A stretch of 64,000 bases of DNA from Myxococcota bacterium (GTDB lineage Bacteria; Myxococcota_A; UBA796; GCA-2862545), in NCBI GenBank assembly GCA_039208735.1, contig JBCCQY010000013.1, forward strand, positions 1 through 64,000, given 5' to 3'. The position numbers and the translations under genes are program-made. This document shows, one piece after another, positions 59,725-64,000 of the stretch. Each line of letters opens with the position of its first letter. Position 1 is the first letter of the stretch. A model generated the notes under the pieces. That model made no database searches and was not told the origin of the DNA. It was given only the letters and a program-made list of their open reading frames with translations.

Positions 59725-60473
59725 TGCGTGCGTTGCACGTGGCGGCGTCGGGGATGGCGGCGCAGCAGACGCGAATCGATACGGTCGCAAACAACCTTGC
59801 GAACGTCAATACTACGGGATTCAAGAAGTCCCGGGCGACGTTCCAGGATGTGTTTTACGAGGAACTGGCCGGAGGAGCCCGCGGAGCGCGCGCGGACCTC
59901 GGTGGCGGATCGAAGCTTGCGGGCTTGGTGAAGAACCACTCCGCCGGCACCATTGAACAGACCGGCAACACGTTGCACGTGGCCCTCGCCGGACCCGGGA
60001 TGATGGTGCTCGAAGATCGCCAGGGCAATCCGGTCTACAGCCGCGACGGCAGCCTCCGCATCGATGCCGACGGGCGGTTGCGCGGCGGTTCGGGTCTACC
60101 GCTGATGGGGCAGCTCATCGTCCCTGAAGGCTCCACGGATCTGCAGATCGACGTCGATGGCACGATGCGGGTGAGGCTCGAAGGCGACGACCGGCAAACG
60201 GTGGTGGGCCAGATCGAACTCGTTCAGTTCGTGAACAACGCTGGGTTGCGGGCCCTTGGCAGCAACAACTTCGCCATGACCGAGCAAAGCGGTGATGCGC
60301 TGCCCGATGACGGTTCGACCGAGGTGCGGCAGGGCTTCCTCGAGACGTCCAACGTGGATGTGGCCGAAGAGCTGATTGCATTGGTCACCGCCCAGCGGGC
60401 GTATGAGCTGAACAGCAAGGTCATCCAGGCGGCCGACGAAGCGCTTCAGGTCACCAATAGCCTCAAGCGGTGA
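59724..60473 (+). CDS. flgG: Flagellar distal rod protein FlgG
   Basis: MRALHVAASGM, NNLANVNTTGFK and LETSNVDV...AQRAYELNSK. Confidence 0.93.
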   Translation: MRALHVAASGMAAQQTRIDTVANNLANVNTTGFKKSRATFQDVFYEELAGGARGARADLGGGSKLAGLVKNHSAGTIEQTGNTLHVALAGPGMMVLEDRQGNPVYSRDGSLRIDADGRLRGGSGLPLMGQLIVPEGSTDLQIDVDGTMRVRLEGDDRQTVVGQIELVQFVNNAGLRALGSNNFAMTEQSGDALPDDGSTEVRQGFLETSNVDVAEELIALVTAQRAYELNSKVIQAADEALQVTNSLKR

Positions 60474-61054
60474 TCGATTTGGTGGCCAGCCTGTCGGCGT
60501 TTGCCATCGCCAAGTGCGGTGCGCTGCAGGTCGACGTGCATCGGCTGGGGGTCAGCGCGATGGCTTCTCGGACGGCTGTGGCATCGAGCTGGTCGGGCGA
60601 TCCGTGCGGACCTCGTCCGAACCTTCGCCTGACCCTGACCGACAACCGGGGTACCCCTCGCATCCTTGCGGTGCAGCCGTCCCTCACCATCTGGGTCGAA
60701 GGATTTGTGTCGTCCGCGTCGGTGGCGACGGGCGACGTGGTCGAGGGGCACTCGGATCGGGTGGCCTTCGATCCGCGAGAGGGACGCCCCGTGAAACAAC
60801 CCGGACCTTGGCGGGCCCGAATGCCGCTGGCCGAGGGAGCGACGCTTACGGAACGCGCCGTGACCCGACTGCCCGACGCCATGAAAGGCGCAGAGGTCGA
60901 TGTCGTCGTGCACCGGGGGGGCATCCGGCTGTCCGTGTCGGGCCGACTGCTCGTCGATGGTTTCCAGGGTGAGCGTGTTCGCGTGCGGCACAACGCGAGC
61001 GACCGGACGGTAGTGGGCCATCTCGTGAATTCGACGACCGTGGAGATTCGATGA
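60470..61054 (+). CDS. flgA: P-ring formation chaperone FlgA (divergent)
   Basis: C-terminal GAEVDVV...GIRLSVSG...GERVRVRH SAF/FlgA pattern; lies between flgG and flgH. Confidence 0.7.
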   Translation: MIDLVASLSAFAIAKCGALQVDVHRLGVSAMASRTAVASSWSGDPCGPRPNLRLTLTDNRGTPRILAVQPSLTIWVEGFVSSASVATGDVVEGHSDRVAFDPREGRPVKQPGPWRARMPLAEGATLTERAVTRLPDAMKGAEVDVVVHRGGIRLSVSGRLLVDGFQGERVRVRHNASDRTVVGHLVNSTTVEIR

Positions 61055-61740
61055 TCGTCCGCATGCTTGTAGTGTTTTGGGTCACTACGTCCGTCGTTTG
61101 GGCCCGCAAGCCGAGCCCTCCTCCGCAACCTCCTGAACCCCCAATTCCCATTGTCACCGAGGAAGAGCCGGAGGCGCTTTCGCCAGGGTCTCGGTACACC
61201 GATGGAGAGGCGAGCCGGCTCTTTGGAATGGATGCGTACTCGCGGCGCGTAGGCGACCTCATCACCGTGCGCGTGAGGGAAACGAGCCGGACGTCGCTCG
61301 CGGCGGAAACCTCGACAAGCAAGAAAAACACGCATCGTGCTGCACTACGAGCGCTTTTGGGGATCGAAAAGCGCATTCTTCGGGCGCATCAAGATCTTGA
61401 AGACATCGGATTCGACCTCGAGAGCGGAGGGGAATTCACCGGCCGAGGCGACACCTCTCGCGACAGCGAGGTTGAGGCCATCATCACGTGCCAGGTCATC
61501 GACGTGCTCAAGGGAGGCAACCTGCGTCTGTGGGGCTGGAAGCAGGTCCGCGTGAACCGTGAGACCCAGTACGTGGTGCTCGATGGCATTGCCCGGCCCC
61601 GCGACATTCAGATCGACAACTCCGTGTCGAGCGACTTGCTCGCCCAAGCCCGCATCGAGTTTTCGGGCTCGGGGGTCATTGCCGACCGGCAAGGTCCGGG
61701 ATGGTTGTCCCGGGTTCTCGATAAGATCTGGCCGTTTTAG
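61051..61740 (+). CDS. flgH: Flagellar L-ring protein FlgH
   Basis: RRVGDLITV, GGNL...GWKQVRVN, GIARPRDI...NSVSS and GWLSRVLDKIWPF. Confidence 0.92.
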   Translation: MIVRMLVVFWVTTSVVWARKPSPPPQPPEPPIPIVTEEEPEALSPGSRYTDGEASRLFGMDAYSRRVGDLITVRVRETSRTSLAAETSTSKKNTHRAALRALLGIEKRILRAHQDLEDIGFDLESGGEFTGRGDTSRDSEVEAIITCQVIDVLKGGNLRLWGWKQVRVNRETQYVVLDGIARPRDIQIDNSVSSDLLAQARIEFSGSGVIADRQGPGWLSRVLDKIWPF

Positions 61741-63702
61741 TCAGGGCGAGAGCAGGGCGGTGAGTTCCTGCATTGCCGCATCGTAGGCCACTTGGGCGCG
61801 GTTGTGTCGTTCGGTGATGCGCGACATCGTTTGCTCGACGTTGGCGAGTCGTCGGGTGACCGAGCGCGCCGCGCTGCCCTTGGCTGCATCGAGGTCTTCT
61901 CGTAGCCGCTGGCGCGTGTCCTCGAGCCGCTTGGCTTCGGCTTCGAGTTCCTTGAGGGAGCGGGCCTCGACGGCCACTCGATCCCTCAAGCTCGCGGCGC
62001 GCCGCAGTTGGGTGGGGTCGCCAAGTCCCTGGTCCGCCCACGATCGATAGGTCTCACTGGAGACCTCACTGGCCGATAGTGACTGCGATGTGCGTCGGAC
62101 CACGGGAATCTCATGACGCGAGGGTCCTTCGGGCAGCGCCAGCGCGATCCAGGTCCATCCTCGCTCGGGGTCGACCTCGGACCGAAGGTCCCCATCCACG
62201 GAGGAGCCCGCGGGCAGAGCGATGGCGACCCACAACGGCCGGGGACGGCCACTGCGATTTCGCACCTGGACGGTGTGGGTTTCGGACTTTGCTCGGTCGA
62301 CGTGCCAACGTTTCGCCGAGGCCCGCCAAGCCACGGTCTCCGTACGGAGGGTCCCCACCTCGTGTTGACGGGTCACGTCAACGTCGAGTTCTTCGCCCAC
62401 AAGCAACATTTGCGCTTGTTTCGGCTTGGTGCGGGCAAGGACCGTCTCTCCCGAAAGGCCTCCGGCTGCCACCACGGCAATGACGCCCGCAGGCAAGGTT
62501 CGAACCGTGTCGTTGCGCATCCACACCGCGGTTCGCGGGGTCGGGCTGTTGGGGGCGAGAGCGACCACCCGTTCGGTATGGAGGGCATCCACCCCCAACG
62601 GGACCAGCGCGCTGTGGTGGGCCTGCAAGTTCACCGGTCGAGCCGCTCGCACCACGAATTGGGTGGGGGTATCGACCGGCTCGGCATCGCGCAGCGGGGC
62701 CAGCGCGACGGAGCCTCGGGCGCTCAACCCGAGGCCGCCTCCGCCACTGCCGTACCCCGTGCCCCCGGTTCCGAAGCCGGCGACGCCGACTGGGTCGGTC
62801 TCGTCCCAAAGACCATCGGGGGTCACTGCGGCGAGCTGGGCAACCGTCGACAGCGGGGTTTCGGGAACTTCCAGGTCGCGGCGTGCATAGCGCGGAGCCG
62901 CAAGAGGATAGAGGAACGACCGGGGTTGGCCGTTGGCCACCTCGAGGGTCACACCGGACCAGTCCTCGTCCGTGTCGTTGTGAACCAGCGCCCAGGCTTG
63001 GAGTTGGGCTTCCGTGGCGTCGTTGGCCACAAGGCGGTACGTGACCCGCCACACCGCGGTTTCCGCGAGGTAGCCGACGGCGAGTTGGCCTCCCCGTGAC
63101 ACGTCGATCTGAAGGGCGGTGCGTTGTTGAGCCCGGGCGCTTGCGAAGGACCGGCTGGCTTGCTCAAGACGCCACGTGGGGTCGGGGGCGAGGCTCTGAA
63201 CTTCGCGAACCTCGGTCGTCAGCACACGCACGAGTGCGCCCTCGGGGGTGAGGATGCCCAATCCCCAAGTGGGCACGTCGAGGACACGATTGGGCCCTTC
63301 CACCCCACCTACGGGTGCGATCGATTCCACGGAGAGCAGGGTGCCCACCACCCGACCGCCATTGACGGTGCGGACGGCGACCGCCTCGCCCACGAGTGCT
63401 GTGAGGCCTTCCCCGAACGTAGTGCCATCGACATCGTCGAGACCGGCAAGCGTTCGAGCGGCGCGGTCGGAGAGGGCTGACGGAAAGGTGATGGCATCGA
63501 CGGTCGCGCCATCGCCAAGCACCACCAGCGACTTGAGTGCGTCATCGAGGTGGCTTTGGGGGAGGGGCAATTGGGTTCGGCCATCGCGGACCCTGCCCTC
63601 ACGCTCGAACCAGCCCACGCCGGTCTCGTACAGCCGAACCCGACGTACCGGCAGCACCTCGGCTCCGCTCGAAACCGCGCTGCATAGCGACAACCACAAC
63701 AT
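61741..63702 (-). CDS. DUF4139 domain-containing secreted protein
   Basis: LPVRRVRLYETGVGWFER, LDDALKSL, WRVTYRL and QAWALVHNDTDEDW; C-terminal coiled coil. Confidence 0.75.
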   Translation of the reverse strand: MLWLSLCSAVSSGAEVLPVRRVRLYETGVGWFEREGRVRDGRTQLPLPQSHLDDALKSLVVLGDGATVDAITFPSALSDRAARTLAGLDDVDGTTFGEGLTALVGEAVAVRTVNGGRVVGTLLSVESIAPVGGVEGPNRVLDVPTWGLGILTPEGALVRVLTTEVREVQSLAPDPTWRLEQASRSFASARAQQRTALQIDVSRGGQLAVGYLAETAVWRVTYRLVANDATEAQLQAWALVHNDTDEDWSGVTLEVANGQPRSFLYPLAAPRYARRDLEVPETPLSTVAQLAAVTPDGLWDETDPVGVAGFGTGGTGYGSGGGGLGLSARGSVALAPLRDAEPVDTPTQFVVRAARPVNLQAHHSALVPLGVDALHTERVVALAPNSPTPRTAVWMRNDTVRTLPAGVIAVVAAGGLSGETVLARTKPKQAQMLLVGEELDVDVTRQHEVGTLRTETVAWRASAKRWHVDRAKSETHTVQVRNRSGRPRPLWVAIALPAGSSVDGDLRSEVDPERGWTWIALALPEGPSRHEIPVVRRTSQSLSASEVSSETYRSWADQGLGDPTQLRRAASLRDRVAVEARSLKELEAEAKRLEDTRQRLREDLDAAKGSAARSVTRRLANVEQTMSRITERHNRAQVAYDAAMQELTALLSP

Positions 63703-63779
63703 CCAAACCTCCCTGTGCCGCGTCGGACGCCCCGGGAGGGATGGAGTTCCGTGGCCTCATGGGGCTTTGCGAAGCCTTG

Positions 63780-64000
63780 TCACTCCCACCGTGACGTGAA
63801 GCGCAGGGAATCGCGAAGCTGGTCATGCAGGGGATGAACCGCATCGACCACGACGGTCTTTCCGGGGCCAAGGGCCAACATGGCTGATGTGATCCACCCC
63901 GGAGAGCCCAGCTTGAAGGTCGTGGCGGCCGTGGTCTGAGGCGGTTGGTAGATGCTCACCATTGCAGGCAGGTCGAGGAAGATGGCACCAACTCCGATCT
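63780..64000 (-). CDS. 3' end of a hypothetical gene running off the window
   Basis: The frame ending at 63780 stays open to the window edge (...IGVGAIFLDLPAMVSIYQPP...). Confidence 0.45.
   Translation of the reverse strand, partial: IGVGAIFLDLPAMVSIYQPPQTTAATTFKLGSPGWITSAMLALGPGKTVVVDAVHPLHDQLRDSLRFTSRWE

Noticed and set aside
1..64000. CRISPR array, IS/transposase, integrase or prophage
   Set aside because: No regularly spaced repeats and no recognisable mobility or phage proteins were seen by inspection.

Overview
A gene-dense, high-GC bacterial chromosome segment. Its markers point to Myxococcota or a related deltaproteobacterial lineage: a MYXO-CTERM-like sorting tail, an AgmX/PglI-type domain and an MglA-like protein. 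The first ~47 kb is mostly housekeeping and envelope genes: recJ, lgt, M48 and M16 peptidases, an rsmB-like methyltransferase, arfB, prkA, a MalT-like regulator, an STM4011/STM4012 radical SAM pair, an MFS transporter, thiG-thiE, a DUF5819-like/HTTM pair, an ILVBL-like TPP enzyme, a trypsin-like protease, nth, patatin, yaiI and deaD. From 47.5 to 61.7 kb lies a fragmented flagellar gene set (fliJ-motE-fliK-flgD-TIGR02530-flgE on the minus strand; flhA-fliA-flgF-flgG-flgA-flgH on the plus strand), split by a GbsR-type regulator and a hybrid sensor kinase. The strongest unexplained signals are: (1) an identical sigma28-like box, CTCAAG-N14-ACCGAW, 21-26 nt upstream of fliJ, flhA and fliA, which suggests FliA drives early export and hook genes; (2) a ~200-nt structured RNA candidate at 18038-18236; (3) a two-hairpin leader upstream of flgE; (4) an MglA-like pseudo-GTPase with a C-terminal membrane anchor; (5) a small peptide plus SdpAB-like module; (6) unusually short, Trp-rich signal peptides. 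I found no rRNA, tRNA, CRISPR array or mobile element. All family calls come from motif recognition by eye, not database searches, and several start codons were refined from the ORF track.
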